Assembly: GCA_015680685.1 (NCBI GenBank)
Contig: MNCI01000270.1
Span: 29,062 to 93,061 of the forward strand
Length of the DNA: 64,000 bases
Direction: 5' to 3'
From: Gnetum montanum
Lineage: Eukaryota; Plantae; Gnetophyta
Of this stretch, positions 27,501-38,900 are shown piece by piece. Each line of letters opens with the position of its first letter. Positions within the stretch are counted from its first letter, which is position 1. Position numbers and translations under genes: made by a program. Below the pieces are notes generated by a model. The model saw only the letters and a program-made list of their open reading frames with translations, had not been told where the DNA came from and searched no databases.

Positions 27501-28890
27501 GTGCAAACCAATGGCCTATGATTGGAGGCCCTTTGTTCTAGGGCAATGACCTTGATGCATTTGTCCATGACTATCTTAGTACTAATCCATACTTTGTCAA
27601 TCTTAGACATGACATGATCATGCCCCCTTTTGTTGTTGGTCCATGTAAACTAGCAACCCAGAATATCCATGTCCACCAACTTGAAATCATTGAAAAATCT
27701 AGGGAAGTGTGATCCCCCATGAGGCTCCACAACTCCTTTTCTAGCTCTTCCCCACTCATAGAGCCTCTAGTTGAAAACCCTTGCTAGGATCCAAGCTTTG
27801 TGATTGCTCACCTCCAGTACAATAACTAGAAGCTCTTTACGCCAATCATCCTAGGTTTATGGACCATAAATGTTTATTAGTCAAATCCCCATATCAACGA
27901 AAAACAAAGTCAAGCCCCAATCAAAGACATATATCCACTCTACATTATATTTGGAATAATGGCCAACATCCCCACATGACCTCTACAATCCACAAAGAAT
28001 GAATACAAACTAGGCCAGTTTAACGAATGCCTTTGCGTATGTTGGAGCTTAGTCTCCTACAAGCAAACAATATTACAATCTTCTCTCCTTATGAGTTTTT
28101 TTTACAGCATTTTGCTTGTATGGGGTATATTGTCCCCTGCAATTCCATGAGAAAAGCTTCACGGTCTACCAATAGACCTTTTATTGTAGACCATCTTGAG
28201 GGTCCCCTAAGTTCCTAACTCCAAATCTTGAGTTGTTTACTTGATCTTGGTCTATTGGAGACTCGATCAGCCTATTTTCCTGGTTTCAAGCTGCACTTTG
28301 AATTTGGCCTCTTGATCTTTAAGAATTTGTCTCTTCGCCAATGGGAAGACAGGAACAATAGAACCCCAGGAAGGGGTCACACACAACTCCTATGTGAACA
28401 CCACCCCCATGGAACCCTCCATAGAAGCAAAGGAACCATCGGCAACTTGGACCTCCCCACCCATAGGGCAGGCCGCCCTAGCATCCTCTTCATTGCAATT
28501 AGTCTACAACAACACTTCCACCACCACCCCACCCCTCTCTCTCTTGTAGGGCAAGATGCCAAAGACCTCCAGGCTTTGGAGGGCCATAAACTTATTGCTA
28601 GCACCTCTCCCACCAAAATCTTTCTTCAACACACTTGAAAGAACAAGCCCAAACACAAAAGACCTTGGCAAGCTAAGGATGCCAAGGAAGACTTGACCCT
28701 TTTAAGAACTATGTTTGGCTGAAAATCAAGAAGCAAACATAAACTTATTGCTAGCACCTCTCCCACCAAAATCTTTCTTCAACGCACTTGAAAGAACAAG
28801 CCCAAACACAAAAGACCTTGGCAAGCTAAGGATGCCAAGGAAGACTTGACCCTATTAAGAACTATGTTTGGCTGCAAATCAAGAAGCAAA
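24597..28890 (-). mobile_element. L1-clade LINE copy F (ORF1 remnant, APE, RT, internal deletion, Transposase_32-like domain, J-domain)
   Basis: RT motifs GLRQGDPLCSLLF and HYANN (26023-26328), KASGLNGFPIEFF (26697-26942). APE remnants 27500-28130. J-domain ~24950-25170: ..LWDNLQKYIGQTSCTLHLDKVC..EHEERFKIFxETVGF. Poly(T) on plus strand at ~24597-24612. Confidence 0.85.
28585..28890. repeat. 153-bp tandem duplication
   Basis: CATAAACTTATTGCTAGC...AAGAAGCAAA starts at 28585 and again at 28738, with very few mismatches. Confidence 0.92.
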
Positions 28891-28924
28891 TATTTAAAAA
28901 TGTAGGTGAAGGCTAAAATCAATA

Positions 28925-29105
28925 ACCATGCTTAGTGGTAAGAGTCTTAGCTTGGTACCCTATGTCACAAGTTCAATTCCACTCAGCAGCACTAAGTTAT
29001 AAATTTTATTCAAAATAATTGATAAAAGAAATTCTAAAACTGGTCTAATAGATCCAAGGGATCTCAATGGACGTAAAATAATATTTCAATCTTCGTTTCA
29101 ATATT
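28925..29105 (+). mobile_element. tRNA-derived SINE-like repeat
   Basis: GCTTAGTGGTAAGAG (A box) and AAGTTCAATTCC (B box), then an AT-rich body with ATCCAAGGGATCT shared with 17805-17975. Confidence 0.6.
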
Positions 29106-29526
29106 ACAAATTTGCCACAATTTCATGAAGATGCAAATAATGTGGAAGTTTAAAAGAGTGTTGAAGAATTAAAGAAAAGTAGTAACGACCCAAAGATCAA
29201 CCAAGGAAAGCCATCATCCTAGAAGAAAGATCAAGCAAGCAAGCCGCCCTAGCATCCTCTTCATTGCAATTAGTCTACAACAACACTTCCACCACCACCA
29301 CCCCATGTGCCGCCTCCCCCTCCTTTTTTTAGAGCAAGATGACAATTGTGAAGATACAGTTTTCCTTTGTTGTAAGCAAATTTCAAGCTAGCTAGAAGGT
29401 TGTTATGAACTCATTAAGCTTTCATTAGCTTTGTGAACAAATCAATAGGATAAATCCCAAAAAAATCATTTTCAAAAAACTGAAACTTTGCTGCATGTGC
29501 ATCATCAACAATTTCAAGGTTTTGAG

Positions 29527-30990
29527 ATGGCGAGAGTAGGTGTGGGAGAGGGAGTGGGTGCCAGTGCGGGTGTGGGTGCCAACAAGGGCATCGAAGAGGG
29601 AGATGGTGGAGTGGCAAACCCACATCCTATGGTGAGCAGGGTGGGGTTGGTTGTTGGTGGGGCCGGTGGGGAGGACAGGAGTGTAGGTGCAACATTTCTA
29701 GGGGCAAGCTAGCAGTCAAGTGACAAGGGCAGTGAAGCTTGTTCCCGGATGGAGGGCTCCATGCATCTTTAGGTTCATGGGAAGCCCTACAAGGAGGTTT
29801 AGATGATGGAGAGGAGCTTGATTGGCAAGTTTGTGTTGTCGGGGGCCTACCCTAAGTTGGACCTAATTCAAAAATGGACTTTTGAAACTTGGGGTTTGGG
29901 GGAGCTTGAGACACGAAGTCTCTCAAAGGAGCTCCTTCTTTTTGTTTTCCAGTCGGTGGAGGACCACGACAAGGCCTTGTTAGGGGAGCCATGGTTTTAC
30001 CAAGCACAAGGGCTAGCACTGACACCATGGTGCCCTAGGGCTTATTAGGATATAGACTTGTTTTCTAAGGCACTTGTGTGGATTTCCATCTTAGATATTC
30101 CTTGGGAGATGTGGATGCATGAGTTCCTAAAAACACTTGTCGGGTTCTTTGGTGAGTTTATTTATTTTGACAACTTTACTGGCTCCATGGAGCAGATGGG
30201 CTTTGCTAGATTTTGTGTGTGGAGATCCCTCTCTTCCAAATATTTGATGAAGGAGATCATCTTAGAACTTCCATTGAGAGATGCAAAGATCCAAGTGGAA
30301 TATAAAAATCTGTCCAATGATAAAACAAGATCTACACCACCAAACACAGGCTGCTCCACATTGCAGCCACTTGCAGATTTAGGGGCAAATGCACCACCTA
30401 AATAGATTGTAGAATGATGGGTATGCGTGGGGCATCATGGATGTCCGATGGTGGCACCTCTAAAGAAGACTATAGAAGAACAACAATAAAAAGTACTCAA
30501 GGCCTTTGAAGATTTGCAACTATATGTTACAATAAGCATTTTCATGAAACACTAAGTCCCTACAACACAAAACTGTGAAACATTGAGGGCAAAACCGTTG
30601 GGAGATTCCCCCAGTGGCAAAGGTGGCTAATAACCTAGCACCAATGCTGGCACTAGTGGAGTTAGCCTATGGACCGATCTTGGTCAAGGGGCAATCCTTG
30701 CAGGGGAAGGGATCCTTCCAACTCCTTGATCCCTTCCTCGACGAGAAGGGGTGTGGAGCTCACCCCATTAGGTGATTGGGTGTCGATAGTCAGGGAAGCG
30801 TTGATGCCCAGAATGTCAAAAGTCTCTAATCCAATGGCAAGGGAACCTAGAAATTTTCCCCTATCACCGAGCTCAGGGAAGATGGGTAGGCCTCCTACAC
30901 CACTCACTCACGCAAGAAAACATAGATGGATATTGATTTGGGGTTGTAGCTGACCTTGAAAGAGGTCTATAAAAAATGGTCCATGGGTAA
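29527..30990 (+). pseudogene. LINE G ORF1 (DUF4283/RRM-like)
   Basis: ORFs 29803-30048 (SLIGKF...LLLFVFQSVEDHDKALLGEPWF...LTPW) and 30058-30405 (VWISILDIPWEMW...GEFIYFD...GFARFCV...VEY). Confidence 0.88.
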
Positions 30991-30993
30991 GCC

Positions 30994-33900
30994 ATGAAAA
31001 TTCTCTCCTGGAACTGTAGAGCATAGGGTACGGCCTACAAAAGAATACCCTAAAAGAGATTGCTAGAAGTGAAGATTATGATGTGATCTATCTCCAATAG
31101 ACAAAGTTGTAGCTGGCCGAATTCCATCATTTGAGGTGGGAAGGCTGGCATACGCAGTTGGTGGCTTGTCAGAGCTAGGCAGGGGGATTAGTGATTTTGT
31201 CAAAAATCACTTTTAACCTACTGGACTCTTTTGTGCGGAATATAACAATTCATATTTCTTCGACTGGGCTTTGGGTTACCAATTTCTATGGGACCCAAGT
31301 GTGGCAGGCCAGGTTGTAGGAGTTAAGCAGGGTGGCAACGTTGATGCCTAACACTGGCCGATGCGTCATTGTTAGTGACTTCAATCAACGCCTACATCCA
31401 TGGGAGAAATTAAGGGAAGACAGTAGTAGCACCCTTGGGGCTCAACAATTTCTATGGTTCTTGGAATCATATGTGCTGGTGGATATGGAGATAGAAAATT
31501 GCTACTTCACATCGAGTAATAGGAGGCGAGGCAATGATCGGGTGCTATCTAGGATTGACGAGGTGTTGGAAAGTTCAGAACTTTTCATGTAATTTGACAT
31601 CCAGGTTTTTGGGAAGGAAAGGCATGCATCATATCATCGTTCCATTGTCTACCATATGGGAGGTAGAAGATGAGACGCCACCCCCCCCCCCCCCCCCCCC
31701 CGGGGGTCCTTTTTTTTTTTTTTTTCAATTTGAGCGCTCCTGGCTCCTCAAGCCATAGCTAAGACCTCTTGTGAAGGAGACATGGGGTGGTTACCCCAAT
31801 TAGAGAGACCCACAGGATTTCCTTAGAGATGGCTTGCTCCAATTGAAATGGGTTATTCGCTCTAAAAAGATTTAAGACAAGTTCACCTTTAGAGCTTGCA
31901 AGAGGGACTTTCAACGACACCTATGGGACATTCAAGATCAGCAAGAGTCAAGGGCATGGTTAGAGAAGGAGGAGGATGTTATTCTGAGGCAGCTCCAAGA
32001 CCTCGCTGCAAAGGAAGAATTATATTGGAAGCAACAGGCTCGAGTTGATGGCGTAGGGAGGGGGACAAGAACACACAACTTTTCTTTGCTACTACCAAAT
32101 CTAAGGGACAAGCAAAGCAAACGTTCCATCTGGTGAAAAATAGATCCAATCTTGAGAACCCCCAGGTAATCGTGAAGGCAATGGGTGATTATTGGGTGAA
32201 CATATGGGGCAAAGGGCACACACTTCCAGTTTCAATATAGGTGCAACTTGTGTTAGGAGAAGAGAAGAACCGTTTGCTGTTGGCCCCTTTCATGATGCAG
32301 GAGTTGGACACAGCCATGATGTCAATGAAGGCAGATAAGGCTCATACCCCAGATGGCTAGAACATTAAGATTTTCAAGGGGTTTGCGGATCTACTCGAGC
32401 AAAATGTGTTGGATGCTTTCAATCTGATGTTATGGAGGCGGCAAGTTCGACAGGAGCTTAATTGCTCCAAGATTGTCCTCATCCCCAAGCAACCCAACCC
32501 AACGAATTCAATGCAATTTCAGCTTATCAGTGTTTGCAATGTTCTGTTATGTGTTTTCACTAAGATGCTGGTCTAGCATTTGGCCCTGATGATATCAAAG
32601 CTGGTAGAAGAACATCAAGCAAGCTTCATCATAGGTAGATTCTTATAGGACCAAGTGATCTTGATGCAAGAAGTTCTTCATGTAATGCAAGAGGAGGGTT
32701 TTTTTGGGATGTGCCTGAAACTTGACATTACAAAAGCATATGATACAGTGAACTAGGAGGCTCTTTCCACAATTATGATTAACAAAGGTTTTGATTCCAG
32801 ATTTGTCAATTTGTGCATCTAGTTGTAGGTGTTGGGAGCATATTCTAACATTGGTGTGAAGCTCTAGGGGTTCTCCTCCTCAAGTAGGGGTCTTCAACAA
32901 GGAGATTTGCTTTGCCCTTAATCATAATGGATACCCTGCAACTATATTGCAAGGCAAAAGGTGTTAGAGGGCTTGAGATTGTAGGGGTGGAGTGCTTAGC
33001 GCAACACTATGTTGATGACACTATTCTACTTTCATGGGCTATTGTGCCACAAGCTATGGTGATTGACTACGCTCTCAAACGTATGGCCTTGGAGGTAGGA
33101 TTAGAAATTAACCATGGCAAGTCAACCCTTCACTTGCTTAATGCTGATGCTCGAGTGGGGCACAAAATTTCACAAGTACTAGGGATTCTTTAGGGTATGG
33201 CATAGGATTCCTATTTAGACATCACTCTATTTGAGTGGGAGAGAAATCGTAATTGGTCCCAAATGGTGCAAAAAATGGAATACCAGATTGGACATTGAAC
33301 TAATCATTTCCTTACTCAAAAAGGGCAAGTAATGCTTGCTACAATAGTTTTAGCTGCCATGGCCCAGTTCACGGCCTCTGTGGCTTCTCCTCCTAAGGGC
33401 ACTATCAAGAAGATTGATTAGCTAGTTCACAACTTTATTGGTTAGGGGGTAAAGGGGGTAATCGTATACATCTGGTCTATTGAGAGACTATTGCGAGAGC
33501 TAGGGATGCTAGAGGCCTAGGAGTTTTGAAATTTGAAGACAAAATAATGATGGGCAATCAGAGACTAATTAACCATCTATTACAAAATCAAGACGGGGCG
33601 CTCAATGGATTAAAATTATGGATGGTAAGTATAGGCGTTGGGAAGCAAACCATCAGGATTCATCGATATGGAGAACACTTTGCAAACATGCATAGGTTTT
33701 GCTAAGGGGAGGCTTGCTGGGGTCATCGTTGCAGCAACTTATTGAGGCAAAGTATCCTGAGTTGACGAATGGGCAAAAATTTGGAAGGGATGGCTACAAG
33801 AAAAGCCTAAGGTTTTCATTTGGCTTACTAGGCATGATGTGCTTCCAGTGCAGGCTATCCTACATAGGAGGGGGTTAAGTATTAATGATAGTTGTCCATT

Positions 33901-35521
33901 ATGTTTCAACAACCCCAAGACCATGGAACACTTTGTATATCAATGTCCATATGTGGTGGACACTTGGCGAGCTACAATGCTTTGGGCTCATGCAAATTTG
34001 AGTGGTTACTCCACAGTGACGATGGGTCTCTGGGCACTTTGGAAGATTCAAAATAGCACAATCTTTAGGTCAACGTGACCTTATCCACCGGAACAAGCTA
34101 CGACAGTTGGCATTAGACTTTGGAGGGAGGCAATTGTCACTATGGGCAGAATGCGCACATTCTAGCTAGCGTGTACAACATACCATGCAAATCCGGAGCT
34201 ATGGTGGCTTGTGGAGCATGTTGGATGGGCCGAGGTCCTCACTCAGCTAGAGGGGGCCCTAGAGTTGGCCGCTAACTTGTTTTCTCCAACTGGGCCAAGG
34301 ACGTTACATTTTTTCATGAAGTTCAAATTAAATTGACAAAGGTCATGATTGCACACTATCTTGGGATCTCAGCAATGGGGGAAACTATGATCCCAGCAGA
34401 GCGGGGTTTCTAGGATGCCGAAGCCTTTTTTAATGGTGCTGTTCCGAGAACAAGTAACGACTAGGTGCCAAAATCAATGCTCTTGCAGCTATGGTAACAG
34501 GCAACGGACCTCGTGGACCAGTTCCTAATCCAATTAGGCAATGCTTGGAAGTTACAAAGCACACACTTCACCCTAATGAAGTGCATGCATTTGGGCCGTG
34601 GGGTGAACTTGCCCAAGTTTTTCCTGACCTCACTTTAGCAGCAACGCCAGGGACACCACTTGGGTTTGATTTTGGCATTGTGGCGGGTTGCTTCCCTAGT
34701 TGTGCCGTCATCAACACCCACGACCTCATGCAAAATGGTCTATACCTATAGGCCGAGGAAACCCCAGAGAGGGTTCCCTGTGCTGGGGCCAAAAGGTTTG
34801 TCTGTGTTTGAAGGGGAAGGAGCAGGATTTGGGAGGTTCCCCTCTCCAGTCCCCGGCAGCTAGGAGACTAGGCTACAGCGAACTGAGGAGCTACTGCAGG
34901 CAATGGAGGAGGCCATCGAGGAGGCAAGAGAGGAGGAAAGACAAGTATGGGAGGATAAGTGAAGCACTTGGAAGGCGAAGTTTCAATGGATGACCACACA
35001 ACTGCAAACCCAATATGCTAAAAGAGGGAAGGAGTTGTCGCGAAAGCATGAGCTTCATGACACAATGACCAAGGTAGCTTTGATCGATGATCTACAGGCC
35101 TAGATCAAGGAAGGGATGATGCAAGAAAGGCAATAGAGGGCTAAATAGGAGCAGCTCGACCTATAGGGCAAAGGAGTGGGAGGGGGAGGAGGCAGAACAA
35201 CTGTAGAGGCAGCAAGATAAAGTGCACGCCCAGAATGCCAAGATGTGGCTACGAAATGGGAGATGCCCATTTGTCATTCTAAACATAAACATCAATATAA
35301 CTTGGTTGGCCCCACGTAGAAATATTAGAAGATCTTCTGCTAAACTTCATCTTGATGGCAAGGGGGATGTTGGGAAGTGTGCACAGAAAGAAGCTGCATT
35401 TAAGGAATTTGAGTAGGCGACTGTGTTCGTGGACACTGAACATTATCGGGAGGTGTTGCAAAATATTCATAGTTAGGAATATCCTAATCGTAAATGTTCT
35501 ACGTTATCAAAGCATCTTTAG
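30994..35521 (+). pseudogene. LINE G ORF2: APE - RT - zf-RVT - Transposase_32-like - coiled coil - J-domain
   Basis: MKILSWNCR, SDFNQ, LSRID (APE). KLDITKAYD, GLQQGD, HYVDD (RT). CPLC..ETMEH-like zf-RVT at 33839-34078. Frame continues through deamination-type stops and two frameshifts to the stop at 35519-35521. Confidence 0.85.
35264..35450 (+). other. J-domain (DnaJ-type) coding segment within LINE ORF2
   Basis: CPFVILNININITWLAPRRNIRRSSAKLHLDGKGDVGKCAQKEAAFKEFExATVFVDTEHYR aligns by eye to the J consensus PYEVLGV..NAS..EIKKAYRKLALKYHPDKN....AEEKFKEI.EAYEVLSD..KR. Confidence 0.8.
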
Positions 35522-35681
35522 TTTGTGGGTACTATAGGTACCCCTATCCATGTTTTTGTGAGGATGTTTTATCATGGGGCTAGATGTGGGGCACAATTTT
35601 TGACCTAGTGTACCTATGCATGAGGTCATCCTTCTCTATGTTTCTGTTTTGATGTGGTTTGTAGTCTGTCTTACCTATTTA

Positions 35682-35890
35682 GGCAAGTGGAGGGGAGAAG
35701 TCCCCCCTTTCGACAGAGGGGACACCTCCGCAAATATTTTTTGTACGTGTAGTCTTTCTATTTTCTTTCTTTTAATATAATCCCAATGCAAGTGGAGGGG
35801 AGAAGTCCCCCTTTTCGATAGAGGGGACACCTCCCCAGATATTTTTTGTATGTACAATCTTTCTATTTTCTTTCTTTTAATATAATCTTG
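35682..35890 (+). repeat. Tandem duplication (~105 bp) of the LINE G 3' terminal unit
   Basis: GCAAGTGGAGGGGAGAAGTCCCC..TTTAATATAATC occurs at ~35683 and ~35788. Confidence 0.9.
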
Positions 35891-35994
35891 AACATTCTCT
35901 CTCAAAAAAAAATTGAAACTTCTAGGCACATGCTAATTTTATTTTACCAGTCTTGTTGGAAGATCACTTTATAATTTTCTGATTTGTGACATGC

Positions 35995-38900
35995 TTTTTT
36001 TTCTGAAATGTCTGGGATTATATTAAGTAAAGTCATAAAATGAACAAACAAAATTGTGTCTAGGGATATGCCTCCCCTATCGAGAGGGGGTTTCTCCCCC
36101 CTCCATTTGCTGAAAACTATATAAGATGACCAACCACCGCAAACAAGAAACCAAAGAGTGCCCCTACACTTGGGCACAACAAGTCAAAAATGGCCAGCAC
36201 ACATGGCCCCAAGGAAAAAACCATTACAAACAAGGACATCGGTACATAATAGTACCCAATTTCTAAACGCACTTTGACAACCTACTACATTCACAATTGA
36301 GATATTCCTAACTATGAATGACCTACAGCACATCACGATGATGTTTAGTGTCAACAAAAGCAACCGGCTGCTGAAATTCATTAAAAGCAATCTCCTTCTA
36401 TGCACACTCGGCTGCATCCCCCTTTGCCATCTAGATGAAGCTTAGCTGATGACCGCCTAATGTGTCGATGTAGAGCCAACCAAGAAGTGTTATTGTTTAT
36501 GTCCCTAATGAGATAGGGACATCACCCATCATGCAACCACATCCAAGCATTATGTGCATGTGCCTTATCCTGCTACAGCTGCAATTGTTTTGCCTCCTCC
36601 CACTCCCACTCCTTAGCTAGCAGCTCCATCCACTCCTACTCAGCCCTCTACTACTCTTCTTGTTGCAGCTACTCCTTGATCTGGATGCGCAAATCATCCA
36701 TCAGTGCTACCCCTGTCGTTGCTTCGTTCAACTCACACTTCCACAAAAGCTCCTCCTTATCAGCATATTAGGTCTCATAATGGAGCATATTAGGTCTCAT
36801 AATGGGCAATGAACTGCTGGAACTCTTCCTCTTCGACACTCCACTTTGCCTCCCACATGCACCTTTCCTCCCACCTTGCCCTTTGCAACCTCCTCTGTCA
36901 CTCACTACAGTTATGCAACCAATCACAACTCCAGCACTTGGCTACTAAGGACATAAGGAGACCTCCCCAACCCCGCTCCTTCCCCCTCCACTGCAAAACC
37001 CCACCCCTACGCCAAAGCATCCCTTAGGAAATCTAGGTTCCTACACAAGTAAACCATCCTGCACAAAGCTGTAGTCGCAATCGGCAGAGCAACCGAAGTA
37101 GCTACCCGCCACAAAGCCAGAATCAACCACAAGTGGCAACCTCGACGCTATCGCTAAAGTGTCACCAAGAAGAATCTCAGAAAATTCATGCCACACCCCA
37201 ACCCCATGCACTTCAATAGGGTGATGCATGTGCTCTGTGACTTCCAACCATTACCAAACTAGACCAGGAAACAATCCACAAGCTTTGCCACCTGTTGCCA
37301 TAGCAACACCAACTTCTATACTTGGCCACTACTCGTTTTTGGGACCACGCCACTAGACAAGCCTTCAACACCCTGTAGGTCATGCCTTGTAGGAAGCATA
37401 GTTTTCCCCATCGCTGGGATTCCAAGGTACTGCATAATCGCAGCCTTCATCAACTCAACTTGAACTTCGCAAAAGGACATAACATCCCTAGCCCAATTTG
37501 AGAAAAATGGACCTTCAACCGGCTCAGGGCCACCCTCCAGTAGAGAGAAGACCTCAGCCCATCCGACTCACTCCACCATCCGCTAGAGCTTTGAATTCGC
37601 CTGATAAGCCATACACAAAGGCTCAAAAGTTGGCGTTACTCCCATTGTGACCATAGCCTCCTTCCAAAATCTAATAGCCATAGCCGCTACCAATGCCAGT
37701 GGAGGAGGCCACACCGACCTGAAAATTGTGCTATTCTCGATCTTCCAGAGAGCCTAGAGAACTACCATCACCTTAAAATCTTCATTCAAATTTGCATGGG
37801 CCTGAATTGTCGTAGCTCACCAAGTGTCCACAACATAAGGGCATTGGTATAAAAAGTGTTCAATCGTCTCAGGGGTGTTGGAACATAACGGATGACTATC
37901 ATTAATGTTTACATGCCTCATATGTAGGACAACCCGCATCAAAAGTGCCACATGTCCTATTAGCCAAATGAAAACCTTGAGCTTTTTCAGCAGTCGTCCC
38001 TTCCAAACGTTCCTCCATCCATCAACATGAGGATATTTAGTCTAAATAATCTACCATTGTGACACCTCCAACAAACCTCTCCTCATCATATCCTATGCAC
38101 ACTTGCAAAGTTTTCACTAGATGGGTGATGCCCGATGATCTGCTTCCCAACATCTATACTTGCCATTCATAATTCTAATCCATTGAGCTGCCCCCTCATC
38201 ATGCTATAAGATCCAATTAATTAATCGCAGATATCCCTCATAACTCCAAGACCCCAAGCTTCCCTTGGTCTCATTGTAGTCTCCCAACATACCAAATGCA
38301 TATGATTACCCCCTTTACCCCTTGACTAGATTCGAACCAACTGATCAATCTATATTATAATACCAATAGGGGAAGAAGCCACAAAAGTCGTGAGATGGGC
38401 CATGGTAGCTAAAACCATCATAGCAAGCATCACCTGACTCTTCCAAGTAAGGAAACAATTTTACCAATGCCCGATTCGGTGTTCCATTTTCTGTACCATC
38501 TTCGACCAAGTTTGATTCCTCCCCCAATCAAAAAGAGGGATACCTAAGTAGGAATTCTGAGCAGTACCCCGAAGAATCCCCAACACTTGAGAAATTCTAC
38601 TTCCAACTCTAGCATCAACATTGAGTAGGTGAAGGGTTGACTTCCCCCTATTAATTTCTAATCCCACCTCCAAAGCCATTCGACAAAGTGCCCAATCAAT
38701 CGCCTGAGCTTGTGGCACCGCCACCTACAAAAGCAACATAGTGTCATCTGCATAATGTTCCGCTAAGCACTTCACCATAGCAATCTCTAACCCTCTAACT
38801 CCATTTGCCTTGCAATATAGCTGAAGGATATCCATCACTATAATAAAAAGTAGGGGAGATAGTGGATCTCCCTGCCTAAGCCCCTTGCCAGGGGAGGAGA

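Larger units (their letters stand above)
29489..35912 (+). mobile_element. L1-clade LINE copy G, full-length but decayed
   Basis: ORF1 DUF4283-like and ORF2 from MKILSWNCR. Poly(A) at 35904-35912. Possible TSD aaaaaa(c/t)tgaaactt at 29474-29488 and ~35907-35921. Confidence 0.92.

Noticed and set aside
28925-28995. Functional tRNA gene
   Set aside because: No convincing cloverleaf or acceptor stem. It is linked to a repeated non-tRNA body, so it is treated as SINE-like.
34080-34700. RNase H domain expected after zf-RVT in many plant L1s
   Set aside because: No KxNxDG/AE/D catalytic pattern was found in any copy.
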